Below, piece by piece: positions 19,129 through 28,204 of a stretch of DNA of 64,000 nucleotides. The DNA is from a bacterium UBP1_UBA4783 (lineage in GTDB: Bacteria; Krumholzibacteriota; Krumholzibacteriia; Krumholzibacteriales; Krumholzibacteriaceae): contig DHHB01000012.1 of the NCBI GenBank assembly GCA_002403075.1, positions 13,767 through 77,766 on the forward strand. Reading direction: 5' to 3'. Positions within the stretch are counted from its first letter, which is position 1. Every line of letters begins with the position of its first letter. The position numbers and the translations under genes were made by a program. A model generated the notes under the pieces. That model had not been told where the DNA came from. It searched no databases and was given only the letters and a program-made list of their open reading frames with translations.

Positions 19129-21035
19129 TGAGCATGAGAACGAAACGACGCAGCACGGCTATCTGGATTCTCGCGCTCCTTCCGCTCCTCGCCGGGCCGG
19201 TCGCCGCGCAGGAAGGAACGGGGGGGACGCGCTCTATTTTCGCGCTCGGGGCGGGCTCGCGCGCCATCGCCATGGGGGGCGCCTTTTCCGCCGCCGGCGA
19301 CGACGCATCGGTCCTCCTCTACAATCCGGCGGCGCTCGCGCTCAACCGGTACACATCCGTTCTCGCGACCCACGCCCGGCTCTTCTCCGGCTGGAGCGAC
19401 GCGGGGTACGATTTCCTCGGATTCGTCTATCCGACCGTTTCGGCGGGCGCCTTCGGCGCGGGCTTCATGACGGCCGGGACGGACGGCATCCGGGGATTCG
19501 ACGAATGGAGCCGCGAGACCGGCGAGCTCACCTATCGCGAGAGTCAGGCGGTCATCGCCTACGCGTACACCCTTCCGTGGCGGTACGCGGGCGCGGTCAC
19601 CGCGGGATCCTCGGTCAAGATGCTCAGTCAGCGCGTCGGGGACTATTCGGATACGGGCACGGGCGTCGACGTCGGATTCGTGTTCCGGCCGCGCTGGGTC
19701 GAGGGGCTCAGCCTCGGCTGCAACCTTCAGGATATCGTCGGCGCCGAGATCAAGCTCGTTTCCGTGAGTGAACCCGTCGATCGCACGATCATGATCGGGG
19801 CGGGGTACGCCCGCGCCTTCGGAAACGGTTCGGCGATCCTTCTCGCGGCGCAGATGGACGCGCCCGAACGAGGCGACTCGCGGTTCCGCGCGGGGGTCGA
19901 GTACCGGTTCCGCGGCCTCTTCGCGGTCCGCGCCGGTTACGACGGCGAGGGCGTGACGGCGGGCGTCGGCGTCGGCTGGCGCGGCTTCGGCTTCGACTAC
20001 GGCTACATGAGCCGGGAGGACGCCGGCAGCACGCATCCCCTCTCGCTGTCCGCCCGCGTCGGCTCGTCGGTCGACGATCGGGTGCGGATACGCGAGGAAC
20101 GGCGGCTCGCGGAGCAGGAACGCCGGATCCAGCAGATACTCTCGAGCCGGATCGCGGGCCATATCGCCGAGGCGGAGCGGTTCCGGCTCGAGGGAGCGCC
20201 CGCGAAGGCGCTCGACGAGCTCAAGATCGCCCTCGAATACGATCCGACGAATCGGGCGGTCGCCGACACGATCGCCGTGGTCGAGCGCGCGATCCTCGCC
20301 GCCGAACAGGAGCGCACGCGAAACGCGGAGAAATCCGCGCTCATCAACCAGCACTTCCGGCTGGGTCTCGAATACTACGGCACGGGGGATTACATCAGGG
20401 CGCGCACCGAGTGGCGGAGCGCGCTCGAGATCGATCCGGAGAACGCGCAGGCCGCGGAGTACCTCGGCGCGACCGAGGACAAGCTCGGGAGTCTCGCGGA
20501 TCAGCACCGGACGCGCGCGCTCGATCTCGAGCAGCGCGGCCAGCTCGCCGCGGCGCTCGGCGAGTGGAACATGGTGCGGACGATCGCGCCCGAGTCCGCC
20601 GAAGCGAACGCCGCCGTGCAGCGTCTGACCGCGCGCGTCGACGAGCTGAGCCGCGATTACCTCACCGCCGCCAAACGTCTCCGTGTCGCCGAGCTCTACG
20701 AAGGCGCCGTGAAGGCGTTCGGCGAGGGGCGGTACCCCGACGCCGTGCGGCAGATCAGAGAGCTGCTCGGCATCGATCCGAACCACGCGGAGGCCCGCAC
20801 GCTGCTGCGCCGCGCGGAGCGGCGTATGACCCCGCTCGACGACGCCGAAAAGGCGGCGATCCGCGCGCTCTACCTCGAGGGCATGAGGCATTTCACGAAC
20901 GGCGATTACCTAAAGGCCGTCGAACGGTGGCAGCGCATCCTCGAGATCGATCCCGACAACGAGAGCGTGCTGAGGAATATCGATGAGGCCTCGAAGCGGC
21001 TCCGCAACAGCGGCGCGGCGGGAGGCGCACGATGA
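19128..21035 (+). CDS. PorV/FadL-like outer-membrane beta-barrel fused to C-terminal TPR repeats
   Basis: ATG overlaps the giant gene stop (TGATG). Signal peptide. IFALGAGSRAIAMGGAFSAAGDDASVLLYNPAALA is a PorV/FadL-like N-terminal motif. The C-terminal 300 aa are TPR-like helical repeats (LEYDP, LEIDPEN, LGIDPNH, LEIDPDN). Confidence 0.7.
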   Translation: MSMRTKRRSTAIWILALLPLLAGPVAAQEGTGGTRSIFALGAGSRAIAMGGAFSAAGDDASVLLYNPAALALNRYTSVLATHARLFSGWSDAGYDFLGFVYPTVSAGAFGAGFMTAGTDGIRGFDEWSRETGELTYRESQAVIAYAYTLPWRYAGAVTAGSSVKMLSQRVGDYSDTGTGVDVGFVFRPRWVEGLSLGCNLQDIVGAEIKLVSVSEPVDRTIMIGAGYARAFGNGSAILLAAQMDAPERGDSRFRAGVEYRFRGLFAVRAGYDGEGVTAGVGVGWRGFGFDYGYMSREDAGSTHPLSLSARVGSSVDDRVRIREERRLAEQERRIQQILSSRIAGHIAEAERFRLEGAPAKALDELKIALEYDPTNRAVADTIAVVERAILAAEQERTRNAEKSALINQHFRLGLEYYGTGDYIRARTEWRSALEIDPENAQAAEYLGATEDKLGSLADQHRTRALDLEQRGQLAAALGEWNMVRTIAPESAEANAAVQRLTARVDELSRDYLTAAKRLRVAELYEGAVKAFGEGRYPDAVRQIRELLGIDPNHAEARTLLRRAERRMTPLDDAEKAAIRALYLEGMRHFTNGDYLKAVERWQRILEIDPDNESVLRNIDEASKRLRNSGAAGGAR

Positions 21036-24000
21036 AGCGCCGGGAACGCATACGGGATCGGGAAACCTTCCACCTCGAGGTTCCGGCCGACGAGAACAAC
21101 CTCAGCGAGGTCCGGGACTTCATCGCCAAAATATGCGACCGCGCGGGGTTTTCGAAGAGCGAGACGAACAACACGAAGCTCGCCGTCGACGAAGCGTGCA
21201 CGAACATCATCAAACACGCGTACAAAGAAAAGGGCGGAGACATACGGATCGACGTTCAGGCGTCGCCCGGCACGGTCGAGATCAGCATCTTCGACCGGGG
21301 CGAGCCCTTCGACTGGTCCAAGGTGAAAGAGCCCGATCTCGACCACTACGTCGAGATCGGCAAGAAGGGCGGCCTCGGGATCTATCTGATGAACCGCCTC
21401 ATGGACAAGCTCAGCTATTCGGCGTCGCCGGCGGGAAACCGCCTCTCCATGACGAAGCGGGCCGCGGCCGCCGCGGCCTCGCATATGCCGCTCTTCGATT
21501 CGATCATACGGCCGAAATGGACCTCGACGCTGCGCTTCAAATTCGCGATGCGGGCCGCGCTCGGGTTCTTCGGCCTCATCATGTTTCTCTGGGTGATCCT
21601 CTTCTACCGGCAGACGCACGATCTTCGCGACCGGGTCGCGGACGCCTGGCTCCAGCGCAAGCGCATCGCCGAGATCATCGCGAGCTCGAGCGTCGGCGCG
21701 CTCACGAAGGACCCGTACGACGTGAGCGGTCTCGAGCTCAGCACCGACGCGATTCCGCGTCAGATGCGGCGCGCCCCCGAGGTGAAATACATCCGCGTCG
21801 TGCACGAGGACGGACGAATCTTCGCTTCGAACCGGCAGGAGGAGTTTCTCACGGCGTACGCCGTTCCCGCCGAGGTTCGCGAGCTCGAACGCGGCGCCGC
21901 CTTCCGCTCCGTGCGCGACGACAGCCTCGGATCGATCCGCGAGTTCCATCAAACGGTGTATCTCACCGATTCGGAGCGGGGCCAGACGACGGCGATCGGA
22001 CGCGTCGTCGTCGGCGTTTCCGAGCCCCTCGTGACGGAGGACATCATCGACCCGCGGCCCATGATGACGCTGCTCCTCGTCGGCGTCTTCGCCGCGGGGG
22101 TCGCGCTCCTCTACCTGCTCGTCGCCATATTCGTGCGGCCGATCCAGGCGCTCACCGACGGCGTCCGGGCGATCGGCGAGGGATCCCTCAACGACGAGAT
22201 TCAGATCACGGGACCGCAGGAGATCGGCGAGATCGCGCGCGCCTTCAACGAGATCACTTCGAAGTTCCGCGACGCGCAGAAGAACGTCGTCGAGCAGGAA
22301 CGTCTCCACAAGGAAATGCAGGTCGCCCAGGAGATCCAGCAGACCCTTCTTCCGAAACGCGTGCCGGCGATCGGCGGCTACGACATCGCGAGCCTGTACC
22401 GTGCCGCCAAGGAGGTCGGCGGGGACTATTACGACTTCGTGCGGGTCGACGACGACACGCTCGGCGTCGTCGTGGCGGACGTCTCCGGCAAGGGCGTGCC
22501 CGGTTCGCTCGTCATGACGATGATCCGCACGGCCCTCCGCATGGAGGCGCGCGGAAACCACTCCGCCGCGGAGGTCATGGCGCGCATGAACGACTTCGTG
22601 ACGGAAGACATGAAGAAGGGCATGTTCGTCACGATTTTCTACTCGATCCTCGATTCGAAGAACCGCATCATCTCCTACGCTTCGGCGGGTCACAATCCGA
22701 TGATCCTGTACCGCGCCGAGACGGACGAGACGTATTTTCTCAATCCCCGCGGTTTTCCCGTCGGCATCAAACTGCCCGACGACACGCTCTTCCGCCGCTC
22801 GATCGACGTCGAGAAGATCAAGCTCAAGAAAGACGACATGCTCGTCATCTACACGGACGGCGTGACCGAGGCGATGAACGGGGATCGGGATCAGTACGGC
22901 GAGGATCGCCTCATCCGGCTCATCAAGGACTGCGGACGCCTCTCGCCCCAGGAGTTCATCGACCGTCTCAACGCCGACATCAAGGGCTTCACCGGCGATC
23001 AGCCCCAGAACGACGACATCACCGTCGTCGCGATCAAGGAAAAGCTCATGGCGGACGAGGTGCTCTACGGGATCCGCCGGAAGCTGCTCGATCTCGTCGA
23101 GGTCCAGGGGGTTTCGGTCGCCGAGGCGTGCCGGATGATGAGGGTTTCCCCCTCGACCTACTACCGCTACAAGAAGCGCCTCGTGGAGCTCGGAGATCGC
23201 GGGCTCCAGGACAAGACCCTGCGCCGCGAAGTCGATATCAGGCGAGTCAGCGTCGAGCAGCGAAAGGGCATTCTCGAGATCATCCGCGCGAATCCGCGCT
23301 TCGGCGCGAAGAAAATAGCCGCTCTGTACAACGAGGGGAAGGAAGAGCGGGCGCACCTTTCCGCGGCGATCGTCTACGACGAGCTCAAGCGTATCCGGCT
23401 GAACACCTACGAGATGCGGCTCGAGTACCTGCGCCGCAACCGTCTCATCACCGACGACGAATTCAAGACGCTCATGGCCGCCCACGGCAGCCGGCCGCGC
23501 GAGTCCGTCGAGGCGCCGGCGGGCGGGGAGATCGTCCCCGCCGACGCGGCCGCGGAGACGGAACCGGAAGCGCACAAGGCGAAGCACGTCCCCCGTGCGC
23601 CGCGAGCCGCCGCCGCGCCGGCGCGCCGCCGTTTCGCCCGCGAGGCGTTCGAGACGGGCGAGGGAACAGCGATCGAGGTCACGTCCGAGGAGCTCGACGG
23701 CGGCGCCGTCGCGCTCCACGTGGCGGGACATCTCGATTCGTCTTCGGCGGGCGAGCTCGAGGGGATCCTCGAGAGCGTGCACGAGTACGGATACCGGAAC
23801 ATCATCGTCGATCTCGCCGCGGTGACCTATATTTCGAGCGGGGGCTGGGGCATCTTCACGGGGCGGGTGAAAACGCTCCGCGAAGCCGACGGCGACGTGG
23901 TGCTCGTCGGCATGTCCTCGGAGGTATACGACATCTACGAGCTGCTCGGCTTCCAGCAGATCATCATGCAGTTCCCGTCCGTCGAAGAGGCCGTCGCCTA

Positions 24001-25243
24001 CATCGGCCTGCCGCTGGCCGAACGCCGGAGCCGCTTCGAGAAAGCGTCCCGCGAGGCGGCTCCCCTCGAGCCGGCCGAAACGCCGGTCGCCTCTGGAGAA
24101 GCGGCGGCCGGAAGCGAAGTAATCGCCGAGCCGGAGTCGCCCTGGGCGGCGCTCAAGATCGAAGCGGGGACGGTCGGCGGCCAGGGAGAGATCACGGTGC
24201 TCTATCTCGACGGCGTCGTCGATACGGTAAGCTGCGTGAAGCTCCGCGGCGTTCTGGACGGGCTCGTCGACCGCGGCGCCGTGAAGATCGTTCTCGACAT
24301 GTCGCGGGTCGAGTACGTGAGCTCGAGCGGCTGGGGCGTGTTCGCCTCGCGCATACGGGATATCAGGCTGCGAGCGGGAGACATAAAGATATTCGGCATG
24401 GATCAGGAAGTCGACGGAATATTCCACATGCTCGGATTCGATTCGATCATGCGCTCCTTCGGAATTCTCACCGAAGCGATCGAGGATTTCAAGAACGACG
24501 CCACCGCCCTCGCGGCGGAGGACGAAACGTTCGACGAGGAATCGCCGGAGGCGGCGGTCGCGGCGTCGGAGCGCGCGCCTGAGCCTGCCGCCGCGGCGCT
24601 CGCGATCGCTTCCGCCGGCGGGACGGGACGCGAGGGAAGGACCGTCGTCGTGAGGATCGACGGCGCGATCGACTCGTCGACCTCGGAGGCGTTCGAAGCC
24701 GAGCTCGACGCGCGATCCGCCGAGCGTCCGAAGAACCTCGTGCTCGATCTCAGCAGGCTGGTTTACATATCGAGTGGCGGATGGGGTATCATCATCAGAT
24801 ACATGCAAAAGCTCGGCGAAACCGGCGGCCGCGTCGTCGTCGCCGGCATGAACTCGATCGTTCTCAAGATATTCCGCGATCTCGGCTTCGAGCCGCTGAT
24901 CCCGCAGTACGGAACGCTCGAAAAGGCGCTCGAGGAGCTCGCCCCCGGGATGCGGGAGACCGAAGCGACTCCGGAAGAGGAGGCGTCGGCGCCGGTCGCT
25001 GCGGCTCAGCCCGGGGCCGAGGTCCGGAAGCACGATCTCGCCGACGCGCTGCTCGGCGCTCCGGATATGGCGCCGCTCACGCCGCTCGAGCCGGTCAAGG
25101 ATACGGAGAAGGTCATCTTCATCGATTTCAAACGGCGCACGGACGTGCGCGAGGACAAGGACAAGCGCATTAAGCGGCTCGGCTGGGACGAGTACGGCAA
25201 ACGGCTGCTCGATTCCGGCCGGAAGCCCCGGCGCACGAAGTGA
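21032..25243 (+). CDS. 1403-aa fusion protein: RsbW-like anti-sigma-factor kinase (GHKL) domain, 2 TM, HAMP, PP2C SpoIIE/RsbU phosphatase, IS3-type HTH segment, three STAS (anti-sigma antagonist) domains
   Basis: Single uninterrupted ORF; the ATG overlaps the upstream stop. aa 10-140: DEACTNIIKHAY and GGLGIYLMNRLMDKL (N/G boxes of RsbW/SpoIIAB). Hydrophobic helices at aa 166-192 and 344-367. aa 368-420: HAMP-like. aa 425-672: GGDYYDF, DVSGKG, SAGHNP, YTDGVTEA, DDITVV (PP2C). aa 675-815: VSVAEACRMMRVSPSTYYRYKKR (IS3 OrfA-like HTH). Three repeats of ..DL..V.YISSGGWG.. (STAS) at aa ~880-990, 1040-1150 and 1205-1300. Confidence 0.8.
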   Translation: MKRRERIRDRETFHLEVPADENNLSEVRDFIAKICDRAGFSKSETNNTKLAVDEACTNIIKHAYKEKGGDIRIDVQASPGTVEISIFDRGEPFDWSKVKEPDLDHYVEIGKKGGLGIYLMNRLMDKLSYSASPAGNRLSMTKRAAAAAASHMPLFDSIIRPKWTSTLRFKFAMRAALGFFGLIMFLWVILFYRQTHDLRDRVADAWLQRKRIAEIIASSSVGALTKDPYDVSGLELSTDAIPRQMRRAPEVKYIRVVHEDGRIFASNRQEEFLTAYAVPAEVRELERGAAFRSVRDDSLGSIREFHQTVYLTDSERGQTTAIGRVVVGVSEPLVTEDIIDPRPMMTLLLVGVFAAGVALLYLLVAIFVRPIQALTDGVRAIGEGSLNDEIQITGPQEIGEIARAFNEITSKFRDAQKNVVEQERLHKEMQVAQEIQQTLLPKRVPAIGGYDIASLYRAAKEVGGDYYDFVRVDDDTLGVVVADVSGKGVPGSLVMTMIRTALRMEARGNHSAAEVMARMNDFVTEDMKKGMFVTIFYSILDSKNRIISYASAGHNPMILYRAETDETYFLNPRGFPVGIKLPDDTLFRRSIDVEKIKLKKDDMLVIYTDGVTEAMNGDRDQYGEDRLIRLIKDCGRLSPQEFIDRLNADIKGFTGDQPQNDDITVVAIKEKLMADEVLYGIRRKLLDLVEVQGVSVAEACRMMRVSPSTYYRYKKRLVELGDRGLQDKTLRREVDIRRVSVEQRKGILEIIRANPRFGAKKIAALYNEGKEERAHLSAAIVYDELKRIRLNTYEMRLEYLRRNRLITDDEFKTLMAAHGSRPRESVEAPAGGEIVPADAAAETEPEAHKAKHVPRAPRAAAAPARRRFAREAFETGEGTAIEVTSEELDGGAVALHVAGHLDSSSAGELEGILESVHEYGYRNIIVDLAAVTYISSGGWGIFTGRVKTLREADGDVVLVGMSSEVYDIYELLGFQQIIMQFPSVEEAVAYIGLPLAERRSRFEKASREAAPLEPAETPVASGEAAAGSEVIAEPESPWAALKIEAGTVGGQGEITVLYLDGVVDTVSCVKLRGVLDGLVDRGAVKIVLDMSRVEYVSSSGWGVFASRIRDIRLRAGDIKIFGMDQEVDGIFHMLGFDSIMRSFGILTEAIEDFKNDATALAAEDETFDEESPEAAVAASERAPEPAAAALAIASAGGTGREGRTVVVRIDGAIDSSTSEAFEAELDARSAERPKNLVLDLSRLVYISSGGWGIIIRYMQKLGETGGRVVVAGMNSIVLKIFRDLGFEPLIPQYGTLEKALEELAPGMRETEATPEEEASAPVAAAQPGAEVRKHDLADALLGAPDMAPLTPLEPVKDTEKVIFIDFKRRTDVREDKDKRIKRLGWDEYGKRLLDSGRKPRRTK

Positions 25244-25247
25244 GCGA

Positions 25248-26024
25248 ATGAAGAAGTACGCTGTCATGACGATGAAGGGCGGGACGGGAAAGACGACGAC
25301 CGCCGTCTGCCTTTCGCACGGCCTTTCGCTCGCGGGGAAGCGCGTCCTCCTCGTCGACTGCGATCCGCAGCGGAGCGCCGCGACGAGCTTCGGCGTCAAG
25401 GGAGAGCGCGGGCTCGCGGAGCTCCTGACCTCGGGCGAAGTCGACATCCTGCAGGTGCGCGACAACCTGTTCTTCATCGATTCGGGCGGCCGGCGTCTCG
25501 CCGAGGTCGAGCTCGTTCTCGGCTCGCACGAGAACCGCGAGCGCCGTCTCTCCGAGGCTCTCAAGCATCTGAAGGGATGCGATTACGTGATCTGCGATTG
25601 CTCGCCGTCGCTCAACCTCATCAACATCAACGCGCTCGTATACTGCGACGAAGTGATCATACCCGTTTCGATGGATTATCTCGCGGAGAGGGGGGCGACG
25701 GAGACGGCGGGGATCATCGAGGAGATCCACGCGTTCAACAGCCGGAAACCGATATCCTTCCGGCTGCTCCCGACGTTCTACGACTCGCGCACGCGGCTCG
25801 CGCACCGCGTCCTCGAGGATCTGCGAGAGAGGTTCGGCGACCGCCTTCTCACGACGGTCATACGCATGAACCAGGCGATCAAGGAAGCGCCCGGCCAGCA
25901 GAAGACGATTTTCGAACACGCGCCGCTCTCGCGCGGCGCGTTCGACTATTACCATCTCACCGAGGAGATTCTCGGCCGCGATCGTCCGGGCGAGAGCCGC
26001 GTCGGCGAGTCCCAGGGAAGCTGA
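25248..26024 (+). CDS. ParA/MinD-family P-loop ATPase (orphan, no parB)
   Basis: Deviant Walker A MKGGTGKTTTA, DCDPQ, CDCSPS motifs. Starts 5 nt after the partner-switching gene. Confidence 0.85.
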   Translation: MKKYAVMTMKGGTGKTTTAVCLSHGLSLAGKRVLLVDCDPQRSAATSFGVKGERGLAELLTSGEVDILQVRDNLFFIDSGGRRLAEVELVLGSHENRERRLSEALKHLKGCDYVICDCSPSLNLININALVYCDEVIIPVSMDYLAERGATETAGIIEEIHAFNSRKPISFRLLPTFYDSRTRLAHRVLEDLRERFGDRLLTTVIRMNQAIKEAPGQQKTIFEHAPLSRGAFDYYHLTEEILGRDRPGESRVGESQGS

Positions 26025-26079
26025 TCTGGCGCCGGCGGGCGCGTTGTGCTACCATCCGGCCCGTACGGAAGGAGAACCG

Positions 26080-27198
26080 GTGACGGGGTTCGAGCTGAGG
26101 GAAGAGATCGATCACGGCGGCCGGAAGTACTTCCTGCAGACGAGCCTGCTTCCCCAGCGGGGGATCGTCCAAAGCTCGTTCTTCAGGAACGGCGTGCTGT
26201 TCGACACGGCGCACGTCTCCGTCGACGGCAAAGCCCCCGCCGAAGATCTGCGCCGCGCGGCCAAGGAAGCGCATCTCGACAACAAGCGCCGGTTCCTCAT
26301 CGTGCTCGGCGTGAGCGAGCGCGTCCGGGCCGCCGACGATCCGAAACCGCACGTGCGCATCGCCCAGGCGCTCGCGAGGCGCCACCTCTGCGAGGAAGCC
26401 GTCCGGGAGGCTCGGAAAGCGGTCGACAAGGGAAACAAGGATTCCCTCCCCTATTTTATCATCGGATCCTGCAGCTTCGAATCGGGGGATTTCGACGAGG
26501 CGATGAAGGCCGTGCAGGCGGGCCTCGCCATCAACCCCGAATACCCCGATCTGCACAACCTGCTCGGCGCCGTTCACCTCAAGCAGCGCCGTTGCCGGCA
26601 AGCGATCGAATGCTTCAACCGCGCCATCGGGCTCAACCTCTATTACGGCGAGCCGTACTTCAACCTGGCGCGCGCCTTCCTCCTCAACACGATCGTCAAG
26701 GAGGATTACGAGCTCTCGCGCGACATCGAGACCGCTTTCATCGGCAATCTCGACCGCGCGTCGCAGCTCGATCCGTATCTCGTCGCCGAGCGCGTCGACG
26801 AGGCCAAGAGGCTCTTTCGCGAGGGGGATTACGCCCGGGCGTACGAGACGCTCGAGAGCGCCAAGGGCCGCCCGGAGCGGGGAGGGATCGACGATATCGT
26901 GCTCGATCTCTACATGATGCTGCTCTACGACGGCGAGGACCTGCGCGAAGAGGATATCGAGGCGTATCTCGACCGGGTGAGGGAAATCGTCGACCAGAAT
27001 CCGACCTTCGCCGACGGGCACAACAGTCTCGGTATTCTGTATACCGCAAAGTGCAAGATATTCATGGACCGGGCGAACAAGGCCTTCCGGAAAGCCCTTG
27101 AAATCAATAGCAATTACCAAAAAGCCCAGAAGAATTTGCGTTTATCCGAGAACGACCGGCAAGGAATATTTATCCTTTTAAAGGCACTATTGGACTGA
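26080..27198 (+). CDS. TPR-repeat protein
   Basis: The table ORF starts at TTG 26044. GTG 26080 is preferred because AGGAG lies 5 nt upstream. Repeated helical TPR-like units (AINPEYPDLHNLLGAVHLKQRRCRQAIECFNRAIGLN, FRKALEINSNYQKAQKNL). Confidence 0.55.
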   Translation: MTGFELREEIDHGGRKYFLQTSLLPQRGIVQSSFFRNGVLFDTAHVSVDGKAPAEDLRRAAKEAHLDNKRRFLIVLGVSERVRAADDPKPHVRIAQALARRHLCEEAVREARKAVDKGNKDSLPYFIIGSCSFESGDFDEAMKAVQAGLAINPEYPDLHNLLGAVHLKQRRCRQAIECFNRAIGLNLYYGEPYFNLARAFLLNTIVKEDYELSRDIETAFIGNLDRASQLDPYLVAERVDEAKRLFREGDYARAYETLESAKGRPERGGIDDIVLDLYMMLLYDGEDLREEDIEAYLDRVREIVDQNPTFADGHNSLGILYTAKCKIFMDRANKAFRKALEINSNYQKAQKNLRLSENDRQGIFILLKALLD

Positions 27199-27243
27199 AC
27201 CTTGCTATCTTTAACCTGGGCATAGGAGAGGACCGGTCACGTT

Positions 27244-27612
27244 ATGGACAAGCTCGCCATAGACGTAGAATACGTCGATAACGTCGTCGTCCTGAAGCTT
27301 CGCGGCATCGTCGACTCCGGAACCGCGCAGTTTCTCGAGGATACGTTCAACGAGCTCGTCGCGGCGAGCACGGTCCGCATCGTCGCCGATCTCGGCGATG
27401 TGAACTACATAAGCTCGGCCGGCTGGGGGATATTCGTGGGGGAGATCAAGGGGATACGCCAGCGCGGCGGAGACATCAAGCTCGCGGCAATGCCTCCCGA
27501 CGTGAGGGAGGTGTTCGAGCTCCTCGAGTTCAGCACGCTTTTGCGGCCGTACGGGACGCGCGAGGAGGCGATCGCCGCGTTTACCGCGCATCAGAATACG
27601 AAAACGTCATAG
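27244..27612 (+). CDS. STAS-domain anti-sigma-factor antagonist (SpoIIAA/RsbV-like)
   Basis: VNYISSAGWGIFVGEIK motif. 122 aa. GGAGAGGA RBS. Confidence 0.8.
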   Translation: MDKLAIDVEYVDNVVVLKLRGIVDSGTAQFLEDTFNELVAASTVRIVADLGDVNYISSAGWGIFVGEIKGIRQRGGDIKLAAMPPDVREVFELLEFSTLLRPYGTREEAIAAFTAHQNTKTS

Positions 27613-27634
27613 CGCCGGAAGAAGCGAGGTTGGA

Positions 27635-28072
27635 ATGGAAGGGATCAACGTATCGTTCTCGAAGCCCGAGGATAATCCGGACGTGTCGGTGCTGTCCGTT
27701 CAAGGGTACGTGGATACCACGACGTCGGCCGAGCTCGAGGAGAGTCTGAAGAGGCTGCTCAAGAAAAACCGATTCAACATCGTCATCGATCTCGCCGGCG
27801 TGAACTATATCTCATCGGCCGGATGGGGCATCTTCATCAGCGAAATCAAATCGATCCGGGAGACCGGCGGCGATCTCAAGCTCGCCTCGATGGTCGCTGA
27901 CGTGTACGAGGTGTTCGAGCTCCTCGAGTTTCAAACGATCCTCGAGAGCTACGATACCGTCGCCGAAGCGGTGAAATCGTTCGGCGCGCCGGGAGGAGAC
28001 GCCGGATCGGAGAAGCCGGAAAGCCGCGCCGGCGCCAAGGTCGGCAGCACGCACGGACCGAAGACCGACTAG
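27635..28072 (+). CDS. STAS-domain anti-sigma-factor antagonist (second copy)
   Basis: VNYISSAGWGIFISEIK motif. 145 aa. Paralog of the previous gene. Confidence 0.8.
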   Translation: MEGINVSFSKPEDNPDVSVLSVQGYVDTTTSAELEESLKRLLKKNRFNIVIDLAGVNYISSAGWGIFISEIKSIRETGGDLKLASMVADVYEVFELLEFQTILESYDTVAEAVKSFGAPGGDAGSEKPESRAGAKVGSTHGPKTD

Positions 28073-28105
28073 ATCCCGGCTCGTTTCTTCCCTCGGAGAC
28101 GGCAC

Positions 28106-28140
28106 GAGCGCCGGCGCCACAGCGCCGGCGCTCTTTCTCT
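28106..28140 (+). terminator. rho-independent terminator after the STAS genes
   Basis: Perfect 12-bp stem gagcgccggcgc / gcgccggcgctc with loop caca, then tttctct. Confidence 0.55.
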
Positions 28141-28204
28141 ATGACGCCGCTCCGCTTTCTGATAGCATGAGAACCCGCCGCCCGGCCCCGAGGGAGAACG
28201 AGAT

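Noticed and set aside
6325-20891. Series of long minus-strand ORFs (6325-8664, 8821-10266, 10846-12414, 12478-15996, 14226-16049, 16414-19095, 19065-20891) and + strand off-frame ORFs (6009-6857, 7728-9038, 9684-10598, 10980-12665, 13533-15674, 16521-19127)
   Set aside because: All are embedded in the giant adhesin gene. Their translations are dominated by Arg, Pro, Gly, Ala, Ser and Thr and have no recognisable domains, whereas the chosen frame encodes regular Ig-like repeats.
23054-23476. IS3-family insertion sequence
   Set aside because: There is only an HTH-like remnant, no DDE transposase core, no terminal inverted repeats and no target-site duplication. It is in frame with the host gene and has host GC. 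It is reported as a domesticated domain rather than a mobile element.
20906-25564. 1552-aa minus-strand ORF and 1199-aa + ORF 20983-24582
   Set aside because: Both are Arg-rich shadows of the partner-switching fusion gene, which has clear multi-domain motifs in frame 21032.
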